Made by a program: the position numbers and the translations under genes
In this document: one piece after another, positions 10,101 to 17,390 of the stretch
How the letters are laid out: each line of letters opens with the position of its first letter
Position numbering within the stretch: position 1 is the first letter of the stretch
NCBI GenBank assembly: GCA_041651395.1
Contig: JBAZJI010000001.1
Span: forward strand, 182,533 to 246,532
From: Minisyncoccota bacterium
GTDB taxonomy: Bacteria > Patescibacteriota > Minisyncoccia > Minisyncoccales > JAGOPM01
Length of the DNA: 64,000 nucleotides
Direction of reading: 5' to 3'
Notes under the pieces: generated by a model
Database searches by the model: none
What the model was told of the DNA's origin: nothing
Seen by the model: only the letters and a program-made list of their open reading frames with translations

Positions 10101-12570
10101 GATGATTGCGTTCCTTAAAGGTGTTATGCCTTCGGCGCAGCTCAAATTTGCCGAACCTTGCACCGGGACAGAGGAGAAAGCTGATTATAATTATTGCGAC
10201 AAATCCAGCCCTGCTAAATGCCAACAAGAAGATGCCACGACTTTAACCCAATGCGAAACAAAATATGGCAAGGGTAATTGCTTTAAGGCTGACCCGACTT
10301 GTGCCGGCAAATGTGCCAAGATGGGGGCTAGTTGCCGCAAATGTGTGCACGGCATGTGTGCTTATTATGACCCGGCGGGTAATCCCAATACGGTGAATAA
10401 TTCCAAATGGTACATTGCCAATTATAGGCTTAGTGGCACGGCTGTTCCGATTGGTGAAGATACGGAAATGGCGATTGTCGCCCGCATCGATTTCCTCTGG
10501 AATGGGGTAACCAAGAATGATTTTAATTTCGCGCAATGCACTGAAACTCAAGACTTGGAAGTTGATTGCTATAAGAGTATTTCTATCCGATATGCCGCGC
10601 AAGGCAATCCTAAAGTGTTGGGCCAAAAATATTACATCAAAGTTACGGAAAAAGATGGCAATGTTTTCTGGTTTGGCTCTAGTGGCAGCATTAAAAACGA
10701 TGACCAAAATGCCAACATCGCTTATTTGAGGAGCCTTATTGATATCTATACAAATATAACGCCCGATTATGTTAAGGAATGTTTTACTACTCCCAAACCG
10801 GCCGGAGTGAAAAATCCGACTCCCAAAGCGGCCGGCAGCCTCGCCCCCAAGGGCGCCCCGGCCGATGACCCTTATTATAGAGGTGAGTGGCAGTATTGTT
10901 ACCCTGACGGGAAGAACTTGAATTCCGATTGTCGGAAAATGTTTTATTGCGATTTGCGCAATGCCTGTTCTGGCCAAAATTGTAATGTAACTGAAACTTC
11001 CCGCTATTATTACAAGCTCACTTCTTGCCAAGACGGTTTGGCTTATCAGTCTGCCTTGAAGGGCAAGACTACTGGATATTGTTATAACACCAGGCAAGAG
11101 GCTGAGAGCGCTTGTAAGAGATATTTTTATTGCGCTTCGGGTAATGGCACGGCCACCAATGTTTTACTGACTAAAGCCGGCAAAGCCTATACCGATGTTT
11201 ATGAATGTACGAGAAACCTCAAGGTTGATGAGTCCGGCTCCGGCCCGATTGGGCAGTGCTACGATAGCGAGCAGGAAGCCAAAGACCACTGCAGCCGTTG
11301 GTATTATTGCCCGGCCGATCCAGCCAAAAAAGGCTGCTCGCCTTCTAATACTTATGCCGACGAGGCAGCTTGTATGGCGGGTGTGATAAAAAATGCCCCC
11401 AAGGCTTTGCCTAAGTGCTACAAGGATCAAGAAACGTGCAATCAGGCTTGCCAGTCAAATGTTTTGTGGACTGCTTATAATGATCCAAAAGAGGGGCTAA
11501 TTTGCGACCAAGTTAAAGAGAGAGATCGCAATGGCGCTATTAGGCAATTTTATGGGAAGGTTGATGATGCGATTTCTGAATGCCGCCAATATTTAGATAC
11601 CAATAATCGCAAAGATACCAATTTGGATTGCTATAAAACTTTTTCGGAATGTGACGAGGCTATCAGTGGTAAGAGCCGCATGCGCGTCTGCCTAAAATCC
11701 GGGGATGCCAAATGTGCCGCTTTGCCGAGTAAATACGAAAATACTCAGGCCGGATGCGATAAATTTTTAAGCGATAATAAAGGGTTGGTTGGTTTGAATA
11801 AATGTTATGATTCGCTTTATTCAGCCACTTGCGACAGTGATTGTAAAAATGCCGGCTCCTCGCAATTCAAGGGCGCTTTCTATATCAAACCCGATGCGGC
11901 GGCCGGGAAAAATGGCGGCTGTTTGGCCTTGAGCGGATTTGAAAACGGCAAGCTAGCCTGCGAGAACGAAATTTCCCGCGCTTGGGATACGCAGGTTAAT
12001 AAGACTTGTTATCTTGATACCGCCGATTGCAATTCCAATTTCCCCAAAGGCGGTAGGGAGGCTGTACCTAATGTTTCCAAGGTTATGAATAGCGGGCTGT
12101 ATAAGTTTTATTATTACAACAAGACCATTGAATCCTGCGTGCTAAGCCAACGATATTTTTCTACCCTAAGGGAATGCAAGGATTTTTATTCTAAGATGAG
12201 CGTGGAAGCTTTGCCTGATTGCTTTAGTTGGCTTGCTGAGTGTCAGGCCAAGGGTAACCGCTATGCGTTTTTTGTCCGCGAGGGTTTACAAGGTATTTAT
12301 AAGATGACTACGGAAAGATATGCCTCTCCCTCGGCTTGCAGACAAAATGTGGCCAAATATTATTCGCCGCTTAAAGCTTATTCGGTTTGTTATACGAGTA
12401 TCGCCGCAGCCTCAACTGATAAGGAAAAGGAAAAACAGAAACTAAACTTTTATTATTTGAATAATTCGACCTGCCGGTATGCGGGAAAGTTTCTGACGCA
12501 AAAAGCTTGCGAATATTCAACTAAGCAAAGATGTTTCATCAGTTCCCGTTGTGACAATAAAGTGATTTGA
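4156..12570 (+). CDS. giant secreted Cys-rich modular surface protein (2804 aa)
   Basis: Single uninterrupted ORF opening with signal peptide MSQYKVFCKAIFTVFCVVMVLAFAGIANA. It holds 7 copies of a six-Cys ~48-aa module (…SYCxxxxCxxxKTTxxxCKAxNNGxxCFEVPYCGG…DSKC). It also has repeated CGDGKCExxENKCNCPxDC modules and FN3-like TxYCVKxYAxS signatures. Confidence 0.8.
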   Translation: MSQYKVFCKAIFTVFCVVMVLAFAGIANAFTQQSTSQVKFSNISVSGGGGQIFIYDNNKYDPQTVSADIRNTPLKPCLDTRQLGSGGLKISWNLSAAKPVGFDHWYVRYACASTPAIAADTNTIGRAYSDTITWSSPALSAGQYCKIWAYAMKGSNSNEGLNIGLGGANTSPIQACSLKPSISILEGKTLSVSSISITVRYNDTGDNSDRGQIYAYVYDSLCTKLIGYAGPSTVSKNGTITLVKGSLDANTTYCVKPYAISDDNVRGFGATQMKITTGASSPKPAEDFSNNFKICRTSDTDKCSDFTTQSPLTLLACNSYVAGLGIAKFNTCYLVSDTNSVLACNAACSKASGEASEELSYCDTAFKCVGGKMTKTECKLKNGNKDCWTGLYCGGQWYNADSKCIPTTAALLINPYIPETTDFKCVSETLSSKVETALFAKLLSTGGAASANVFFDVYDKSAKWVASQSFSGKASGSEMSYNPLLEQGTEYRFKASAYTSGNSTSVSVLFTTPYCTTPEPLEELSYCDGLVCRGVKTTKTKCRTELNKGLDCRAGLYCGGTASNPDQTCKAGAPADYSLLLSVPEVTVKDCSAAGSKADISVIMMPSLGSNNSGNILVEQLDANGSVVTSKTIASVRSLENYYWNFSLSPKQAAKVRATLYVVGGKTIQTKDVVVKCAEEPVSVFSYCEAKTCVARKMTESACRAANGGKDCYVNAYCGGKINNPDANCLGLDQNKIEIVLPSQFDQICAGDTIIRAPVKIRIISTFGGVIGTATVKVLNSFGTEILSQKYTDAKAGSAYGNEVIFQPNQKYKVEASLGTSNAAPSIVSAEFIAKSCATQTDEVKTRSFCSGIVCRTVKETAAECKAENNGNACFEVPYCGGTISDYGDSKCTSIDTSKERSYCSAGKCTTIKTTAADCKARNNGNACFEVPYCGGLWYNGDSKCQQSSCSKESLRSLSSELRSVYENAGGYKKYCYKGVTLKVGLSLYGAIQCPNLYMPYVEQDVYLSNTSLDLAWRLAATTEQEAVNNIQGYIDNNIARLTKDCECYKGIIVSRLMETAPAGGTVDFPYSARLVVDTTSGRYFNDITGCDESSKTGGEFCVGGNTIEDVKNNARRYIDNHPNEFTKTQCISTDTIKERSYCSGNSCITIRSTATACREKNNWQDCFEVPYCGGLWYNGDQKCAALDPVQERSYCLGATCKTVKTTAANCKAMNNGTDCFALPYCGGTISDYGDSKCGALKQLTITNPTASYWKLNDNIDFTWINGKPGETVYISRWLNYGSNSLALCAGRNDANGSGSCRWTVNAQLGKHTIWAKAASSQRDFDTKVEIEVIEHLPESSLSLKNNYFSSNVWDGPLQRKQVAGFKVTAQESTQNLTRFNLDFSGKIWENFAILDVYDATMGTSIFSKSIIAYDFIQSGSYWRINIEPFRLQVPLEANYPHELQVFLTSRDGQLSTVNYQIFVNKNAARATGANGLSYYAPDKDAEVSNFFRIAPQPPKYFACSNALCQIVKNPLTGKEVQSEAECQIATNFAKTCYLNDSTCQNICKSVCVKDGFAYKDRGDICCATDGYKEIDSSVLKNDGSCTAGNPNVKICSKCGNGSCDSMENKCNCSQDCGALCNKVNQNAVDATLCCPGLTWLSNQYRLGRDGGCVNSGFTNGICVNTKCGDAKCEGYEDKCNCPVDCKEVLGCKAANQNADSPGLCCQNLDWLSNKYRLSSNASCADSGFINGICVTTKCGDTKCEGYEDKCNCPQDCSGSVIPGTCVAEGKVIYPDGSACCSGLTKITGQNVGYDGVTCVDVYSSGMGFCSKCGDGKCENPENKCNCPIDCACGNGRCDGNENYQTCPQDCEKPTEEKYCYKGMYIYFSNYPNPKVNNAKYWLSNWDFGGDLKGFSGSVETAKAAAEMYVASLCDGTNAKSYNCTQCERTDLIPEVMEKICFNNKTYYYRSNKPNAESKTLFWVKIILGGELKTIGHDSESQMIAFLKGVMPSAQLKFAEPCTGTEEKADYNYCDKSSPAKCQQEDATTLTQCETKYGKGNCFKADPTCAGKCAKMGASCRKCVHGMCAYYDPAGNPNTVNNSKWYIANYRLSGTAVPIGEDTEMAIVARIDFLWNGVTKNDFNFAQCTETQDLEVDCYKSISIRYAAQGNPKVLGQKYYIKVTEKDGNVFWFGSSGSIKNDDQNANIAYLRSLIDIYTNITPDYVKECFTTPKPAGVKNPTPKAAGSLAPKGAPADDPYYRGEWQYCYPDGKNLNSDCRKMFYCDLRNACSGQNCNVTETSRYYYKLTSCQDGLAYQSALKGKTTGYCYNTRQEAESACKRYFYCASGNGTATNVLLTKAGKAYTDVYECTRNLKVDESGSGPIGQCYDSEQEAKDHCSRWYYCPADPAKKGCSPSNTYADEAACMAGVIKNAPKALPKCYKDQETCNQACQSNVLWTAYNDPKEGLICDQVKERDRNGAIRQFYGKVDDAISECRQYLDTNNRKDTNLDCYKTFSECDEAISGKSRMRVCLKSGDAKCAALPSKYENTQAGCDKFLSDNKGLVGLNKCYDSLYSATCDSDCKNAGSSQFKGAFYIKPDAAAGKNGGCLALSGFENGKLACENEISRAWDTQVNKTCYLDTADCNSNFPKGGREAVPNVSKVMNSGLYKFYYYNKTIESCVLSQRYFSTLRECKDFYSKMSVEALPDCFSWLAECQAKGNRYAFFVREGLQGIYKMTTERYASPSACRQNVAKYYSPLKAYSVCYTSIAAASTDKEKEKQKLNFYYLNNSTCRYAGKFLTQKACEYSTKQRCFISSRCDNKVI
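5224..7870 (+). repeat. array of seven six-cysteine ~48-aa modules inside the 2804-aa gene, including a near-identical 45-bp DNA repeat (6937-6981 vs 7655-7699)
   Basis: Protein-level repeats EELSYCDTAFKC..., KERSYCSAGKC..., QERSYCLGATC... read directly; the DNA string tgttttgaggtgccatattgcggcgggctttggtataacggcgat occurs twice. Confidence 0.7.
8941..9712 (+). repeat. tandem CGxGxC-ExxENKCNCPxDC modules with LCCxxLxWLSNxYRL spacers inside the 2804-aa gene
   Basis: Repeated CGNGSCDSMENKCNCSQDC / CGDAKCEGYEDKCNCPVDC / CGDTKCEGYEDKCNCPQDC / CGDGKCENPENKCNCPIDC / CGNGRCDGNENYQTCPQDC read in the translation. Confidence 0.65.
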
Positions 12571-12579
12571 TTTTTCTTC

Positions 12580-12606
12580 CGCGCCTGATTTTCGGGCGCG
12601 GGCTGA
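12580..12606 (+). terminator. hairpin terminator candidate between the two giant genes
   Basis: ccgcgcc-tgattttcg-ggcgcgg stem-loop immediately after the stop at 12570. The T-run is weak. Confidence 0.35.
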
Positions 12607-12632
12607 AAAACCAAATATTTTTCAAAATAAAT

Positions 12633-15600
12633 ATGCAAAAAAAATTCATTATCAGTGCGGTAGCGGTTGTTTTGGGGCTTTTGGCTATAGCGATAACGCC
12701 ATTATTTGCCCAGACAATCGAGAATTTAACGGCCGAACAGAAGGCGATATTTTTGCAAGTTTTAGCTGACGAAATTGCTATTCGAAAAGATATGGCCGGC
12801 CCGCAAGTTGCCGGGGCTTATGCTACGCCCGATGCGGCTTACGTGCCGCAGGCCAAAACCTTACTTTTTGTTAAGCCGAGGGTTTTGGGTGTCGTGGCTT
12901 TGTCGGGGAGTTTAACTTCCCGCTGTGGCGATGGTATTTGCGGCTCAGGGGAATATTATTCCAATTGTCCGAGTGATTGCGGCAAGGGGGCCACGTTGCC
13001 GGGTTATGGCGGCAATTTGACTGGTGGCTATAATCCTACCGGAAATCTTAACAGTGGCTCCTTGATTCAAAATCCCTGTAATTATAATTTTCAATGCGAG
13101 CCATTGCGCGGCGAAACTACTCTTAATTGCGCTTCGGATTGCAAAACCAGCGCTATCACTTATCCGGGAACGGTTGGCACGGGTGCAACAAATCTTGGTG
13201 GTGGTTTAATTTCCGGCGGGGCGAATCCCTGTAATTATAATAATTTGTGCGAGCCATTGCGCGGCGAAACTACTCTTAATTGTTTTTCTGATTGTAAATC
13301 TAGTTCTATTGGGACAGTGAATAATAATCCGCCATATCCGGGCTGGCTGAGGTGTGAGGTTTGTGGAAAGTGGTACAACCCCACAACCGGAAGATGTCCG
13401 GAAATATGCAATGAGACTGCCTCGGGAAGCGGCGAGGATTATACTAAGCAATCAGCTCCGATCACTTTGCCTCCGGAAGTAAAAGAGGGCAAAAATATTT
13501 TACGTGGCAGCGTTTCGGAAATTGTTGCGGGAGGCGAGCCGGGATTTATTGTTTATGATCCTAGCCAACCGCAAACCCGTGGTTCCCAAATCGGGGGAGC
13601 TGGTGGGGTACAAATCGGGGGTGTTCAAAGCGGGCAAACCAACGTTGGCTTTGGCTCTCAGGCCGGTGGCTTACCCGGATCAATAAGAATTAATGTTTCT
13701 GGATTCGTTTCCGCCAGTTATGACAAAACGACAAAAATATTTACGGCAACTTACGAAGATCCTACGCTTTTGCCCGGGAAGACGCGCGCTTATCGTGCCG
13801 CCATCAGGGTAAAGTCGGCTAGCTTATCGGGCGGTTATGCTTATATTGAGGCGCAAAACGAGCAATATATTTACGGGCAGGCTAAGGTTTTCAAAGCGGG
13901 TGAATGCCCTTGTCCCGAGACCGATGAATGGGTTTGTTACGATGTTTTTAGCTACAATACGACAACCAAGGTGGTGGCTACCTCTACGGCTGAGTTCAAA
14001 AATCCTTGTATTGCGGCTTGCGAAATTGGTAAAGTCCGCAAGGATAACCCGGCTACCAATTATAATTTTAAGAAGAACGGCAAATGCCAAACGAGCGATA
14101 CTATCCGCGGCAAAGATGTGACGGCGCCATTTAAGATTTCTACCGTTGGTCCGGCTGAAGTTACGGAGATTAAGCCGGGAGAAATGGGTTATGACCAAAA
14201 ACAAAAAAGGTTTAGGGTCAAGATTGCAATGAAGGTAGAGGATTTCGGTTCAATGCAGGCTATTCGCTTGCTGTCCAGTCCTTATCAATATAATAAGACC
14301 AAGAATCCCACCGGCGCTTTAGCTTTAGGCGAGGCTAAAAATATTTCCGCGAGCGCGCCGATTAATTCACAAGTGCAGATTTTTGATGCGAATAAAAATA
14401 TTCCCGGAACTTGGTTTATTAAGCCCGGCGATAATCAGAACCAAATAAGTTTTGAGGCGATTATTTCCGAGAATGGAGAACATTGCTTTATCGCGCGAGC
14501 TTATGCTATGCGAGATTATAAACCCGGTGATCAGTACCTTTCTAATACTGCTTATGCCGAACAATATTTAGTTAATGCCGATAATGAAGTTTGCGTGAAA
14601 GTAGAGGGCCTTGCCCAACAGGTGACTAAGGATTGTAAAACGATTAACGGCAAGGAAATTTGCATTAATGTAACTAATCCGTGCGTTGGCAATAATTGCA
14701 TTAATGTCGGCGAAGATTCGGTAATTACAGCTACTACGAGCCGACCGTTTGAAGACTTATCAATCGTGCAAGTGGCATCGCCAGAAGTTACAACCCTTGA
14801 AGCGGTTAACATTACGACTAATTCTATCACCTTAAGAGGAAGGTTAACCAAGCTGGGTGGCTCTCCGCCATGGGGCGATGATTCGCGATATGCCAAGCGC
14901 GAGACCTATGTGAGTTTTGGAGGGTCAAGCATTAAGGAAACTCCTAGCCAAAAAATGGCCACTGTCGGCGATTTTGAATATACTGTTAAGGAATTAAAAC
15001 CCGGAACGGAGTATTGCTATAATGCCATTGCTTGGCTGCAAAAAGCCGGCGCAACAACTCAGCCGACTGAATATGGCTTTATAGCTAGCGGAATAACCCT
15101 CGCCAAAGAGAAGGCTGCGTATGGCAAAAGCATTTGCGTAAAGACACAATTTGGTGATGCTTTGGAAAAAGCGGAAAGTTCAGAAAATCCGGAATTGGAA
15201 CTAGAAAAAATGGGTTATAAGACGAATTTAGACGAATTCGGAGTAAATTGGGCCAGTGCTTATAAGAATGTTGTCCGACCATTTACAATTACAGCTTCTT
15301 TCTTCTCCACTTCGATAAAACTCGATAGTGATACGATGTATGGCATGATGCACAAGACTGATTTAGAAAAAGAATCAATCGCTATTCCGGTTGTCGGCTT
15401 TGCCTTCCAGAGGGGCTCAACTGCGGCCAGCGGCCCATACGCGGGCGGGGCTATTTCTTTGTCTGGTGCTCCTGTGCAGCAAAGCGGCAAAACGTATTTT
15501 GTGATTGCCGGCAAGGGTATTGCTTTGGGTAAAGATGACTATACCTTCAATTTCAAAATGCCTGACATTTTGGCCGGCATGAGTTTTAATTATTATCCAT

Positions 15601-16976
15601 TCGCTATTTATGATGGCAAGATTTATTCCGCAAGTATGCCGGCTAAGATTTCTGCCGCGGCAGATAAAACTTATATCAACCCAGATATCAATGCCTTGGA
15701 AAATGGAGAATTAAAGCGCGGGTGGCAAAAGGGTTATTATAAAGCTGAGTTGCGCGGCGAAGTTCTTAAAATCGGCAGCGGCGCACAAGCAGCCAGTGGG
15801 GTTACGGTTGGATTCTCTATTATTTCTTCCGATGATAATTTAATCAGCAAGACGCATTCGGGATATGTGCAAGGAAGTAAGAGATTCGATTATCCAGGAG
15901 ATTTATCGTACGAATATGGCCAGATAAGGAGCGGATATACTTATTGCTATAAATTGGCTGCCGGCCTCTCGAATAGCTCCATGCAATATTCGGCTAAGGA
16001 GATCTGTTTTACTGCTCCAGTAGAAGATGATTGGAAATTAGATGTTTATACTGCGCCAACTTCCACGGCTTGGAAAAATCAAAGCGAACAATCTTACAGT
16101 GAGATTTGCGCCAAATGTGCCAATATCACTACCGCACCCCGCCCGCCCAATTCGTCTTTTACGTCTAGTTTTGGAATACGAACTGCGGTTTGCGCCAGCG
16201 ACAATAAGACTTACGAAAAAGAGTGTTTCCAATATTATTGCACGAAGGTCGGTTTAAGATTGAAGAGCTATGGTGCTTGCCAAACAACGCCTGTAGTCAC
16301 TATTAAAACCGGAACAGTGGCCAGCGGTATCTTGGCGTATAATAAGGCGATAGTGGCCAGAGTTAATAAGATTCCCGGTTCGGCTACACTTAGCACCAGC
16401 GACACGGCCAATGCAAACATTAAAGTTTTCATCCAAGCTGTGGGTGGGAGTGCCTATATTAAGACAAGCGGCGCATTCGTAGTTGGACTTTACGAAACAG
16501 CTAAGGGGCGCTTAGGGACTATCCCTCCGGATAAAATTAAATATAGTTGCGGCAGTGAAAGGGTAGGGTATTCTTATAAGATTTCTGCTATTGGTGGCAA
16601 TGAATGTGATTTGATTGTAAATTTTGAGCCCATTTATATGTCTTCAGCTGTCGGAAAATATTATGTGAGGCTGGAGAGTATTTTGTGGACGCAAACGGAA
16701 AATGGTGCAACAAAAGTTTCCTCTATTGTGGCCACTAGCGGAGATTATTTCTCGACTACTCCTGTAGATTTGATTTATCGCAAAGGCATTGCCGCGGGAA
16801 CGGGTAAACAATGTGTTTGCACTGCGCAATATCAGCCGGTTTGCGCTGTACCACCCGGATTTACTCAGCCGCAAATTTATCCAAATCTTTGTTATGCCCA
16901 GTGCGACAATGCTACGGCCAAAACAGAGTATCAAGTGATAGGCGGGAAGTGTGTTTACGTGAACTATAATCGCTAA
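12633..16976 (+). CDS. giant secreted protein (about 1447 aa) with CGDGxC…NCPxDC modules, FN3-like signatures and Kazal-type inhibitor-like domains
   Basis: Start taken at ATG 12633 (MQKKFIISAVAVVLGLLAIAITPLFAQ signal peptide); the tracker start 12567 overlaps the upstream gene and terminator. Kazal-like: AVCASDNKTYEKECFQYYCTKVGLRLKSYGAC and CVCTAQYQPVCAV…LCYAQCDNATAKTEYQVIGGKC. Cys modules: RCGDGICGSGEYYSNCPSDC, NPCNYNFQCEPLRGETTLNCASDC (twice). Confidence 0.75.
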   Translation: MQKKFIISAVAVVLGLLAIAITPLFAQTIENLTAEQKAIFLQVLADEIAIRKDMAGPQVAGAYATPDAAYVPQAKTLLFVKPRVLGVVALSGSLTSRCGDGICGSGEYYSNCPSDCGKGATLPGYGGNLTGGYNPTGNLNSGSLIQNPCNYNFQCEPLRGETTLNCASDCKTSAITYPGTVGTGATNLGGGLISGGANPCNYNNLCEPLRGETTLNCFSDCKSSSIGTVNNNPPYPGWLRCEVCGKWYNPTTGRCPEICNETASGSGEDYTKQSAPITLPPEVKEGKNILRGSVSEIVAGGEPGFIVYDPSQPQTRGSQIGGAGGVQIGGVQSGQTNVGFGSQAGGLPGSIRINVSGFVSASYDKTTKIFTATYEDPTLLPGKTRAYRAAIRVKSASLSGGYAYIEAQNEQYIYGQAKVFKAGECPCPETDEWVCYDVFSYNTTTKVVATSTAEFKNPCIAACEIGKVRKDNPATNYNFKKNGKCQTSDTIRGKDVTAPFKISTVGPAEVTEIKPGEMGYDQKQKRFRVKIAMKVEDFGSMQAIRLLSSPYQYNKTKNPTGALALGEAKNISASAPINSQVQIFDANKNIPGTWFIKPGDNQNQISFEAIISENGEHCFIARAYAMRDYKPGDQYLSNTAYAEQYLVNADNEVCVKVEGLAQQVTKDCKTINGKEICINVTNPCVGNNCINVGEDSVITATTSRPFEDLSIVQVASPEVTTLEAVNITTNSITLRGRLTKLGGSPPWGDDSRYAKRETYVSFGGSSIKETPSQKMATVGDFEYTVKELKPGTEYCYNAIAWLQKAGATTQPTEYGFIASGITLAKEKAAYGKSICVKTQFGDALEKAESSENPELELEKMGYKTNLDEFGVNWASAYKNVVRPFTITASFFSTSIKLDSDTMYGMMHKTDLEKESIAIPVVGFAFQRGSTAASGPYAGGAISLSGAPVQQSGKTYFVIAGKGIALGKDDYTFNFKMPDILAGMSFNYYPFAIYDGKIYSASMPAKISAAADKTYINPDINALENGELKRGWQKGYYKAELRGEVLKIGSGAQAASGVTVGFSIISSDDNLISKTHSGYVQGSKRFDYPGDLSYEYGQIRSGYTYCYKLAAGLSNSSMQYSAKEICFTAPVEDDWKLDVYTAPTSTAWKNQSEQSYSEICAKCANITTAPRPPNSSFTSSFGIRTAVCASDNKTYEKECFQYYCTKVGLRLKSYGACQTTPVVTIKTGTVASGILAYNKAIVARVNKIPGSATLSTSDTANANIKVFIQAVGGSAYIKTSGAFVVGLYETAKGRLGTIPPDKIKYSCGSERVGYSYKISAIGGNECDLIVNFEPIYMSSAVGKYYVRLESILWTQTENGATKVSSIVATSGDYFSTTPVDLIYRKGIAAGTGKQCVCTAQYQPVCAVPPGFTQPQIYPNLCYAQCDNATAKTEYQVIGGKCVYVNYNR

Positions 16977-16988
16977 TCTCGGATCGGA

Positions 16989-17030
16989 AATGGGTCATCC
17001 GAGAAAAGGATGATCCATTTTTTATTTTTT
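16989..17030 (+). terminator. strong Rho-independent terminator after the second giant gene
   Basis: 11-bp stem atgggtcatcc / ggatgatccat (one G-U) with loop gagaaaa, followed by ttttttatttttt. Confidence 0.6.
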
Positions 17031-17321
17031 GCCTTGGAAAATTAACCTGTGGAAAACTTAAAAAATTCACTTCTGGTTTTAAGGGTATTTGTCCGCAAAA
17101 ATCAGAAAAATTTTCTCAAATTTTTAGGAATTTTTTGACATTTTCTGTTCTTTAGGTCGTAAAATAGAAATTTTAGAAAAAATCGTCACGTATTTCAAAG
17201 GTTTTTTGGAGGTGGGGTATTTTTTCCTAAAAAACCTGCGCGTTCAGTGTTTTTTGGGCACTTGTTTTACGACTATAAAACAAGTACTTCGGAGGACAGA
17301 AGTTGCGAAATCGGTCAAGAA

Positions 17322-17349
17322 TTGACGCAAAAAAATGAAAGCTTAAAAT
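17322..17349 (+). promoter_or_regulatory. sigma70-like promoter candidate for nrdD (TTGACG-16 nt-TAAAAT)
   Basis: Hexamers read directly, about 40 nt upstream of ATG 17391, within a 410-bp AT-rich intergenic region. Confidence 0.35.
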
Positions 17350-17390
17350 TATTAGTACCTAGAATTTAGTAGAAAATTTCAAATATTTTT

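Noticed and set aside
9013-11097. Several 100-284-aa ORFs on the minus strand inside the 2804-aa gene (e.g. 10243-11097, 9013-9420, 9030-9410)
   Set aside because: They are antisense to a continuous, repeat-rich coding region and their low-complexity translations mirror the sense-strand repeats. These are typical shadow ORFs.
12567-12632. Upstream start (12567) for the second giant gene overlapping the first gene's stop
   Set aside because: It would overlap the upstream stop and terminator hairpin. ATG 12633 gives a canonical signal peptide.
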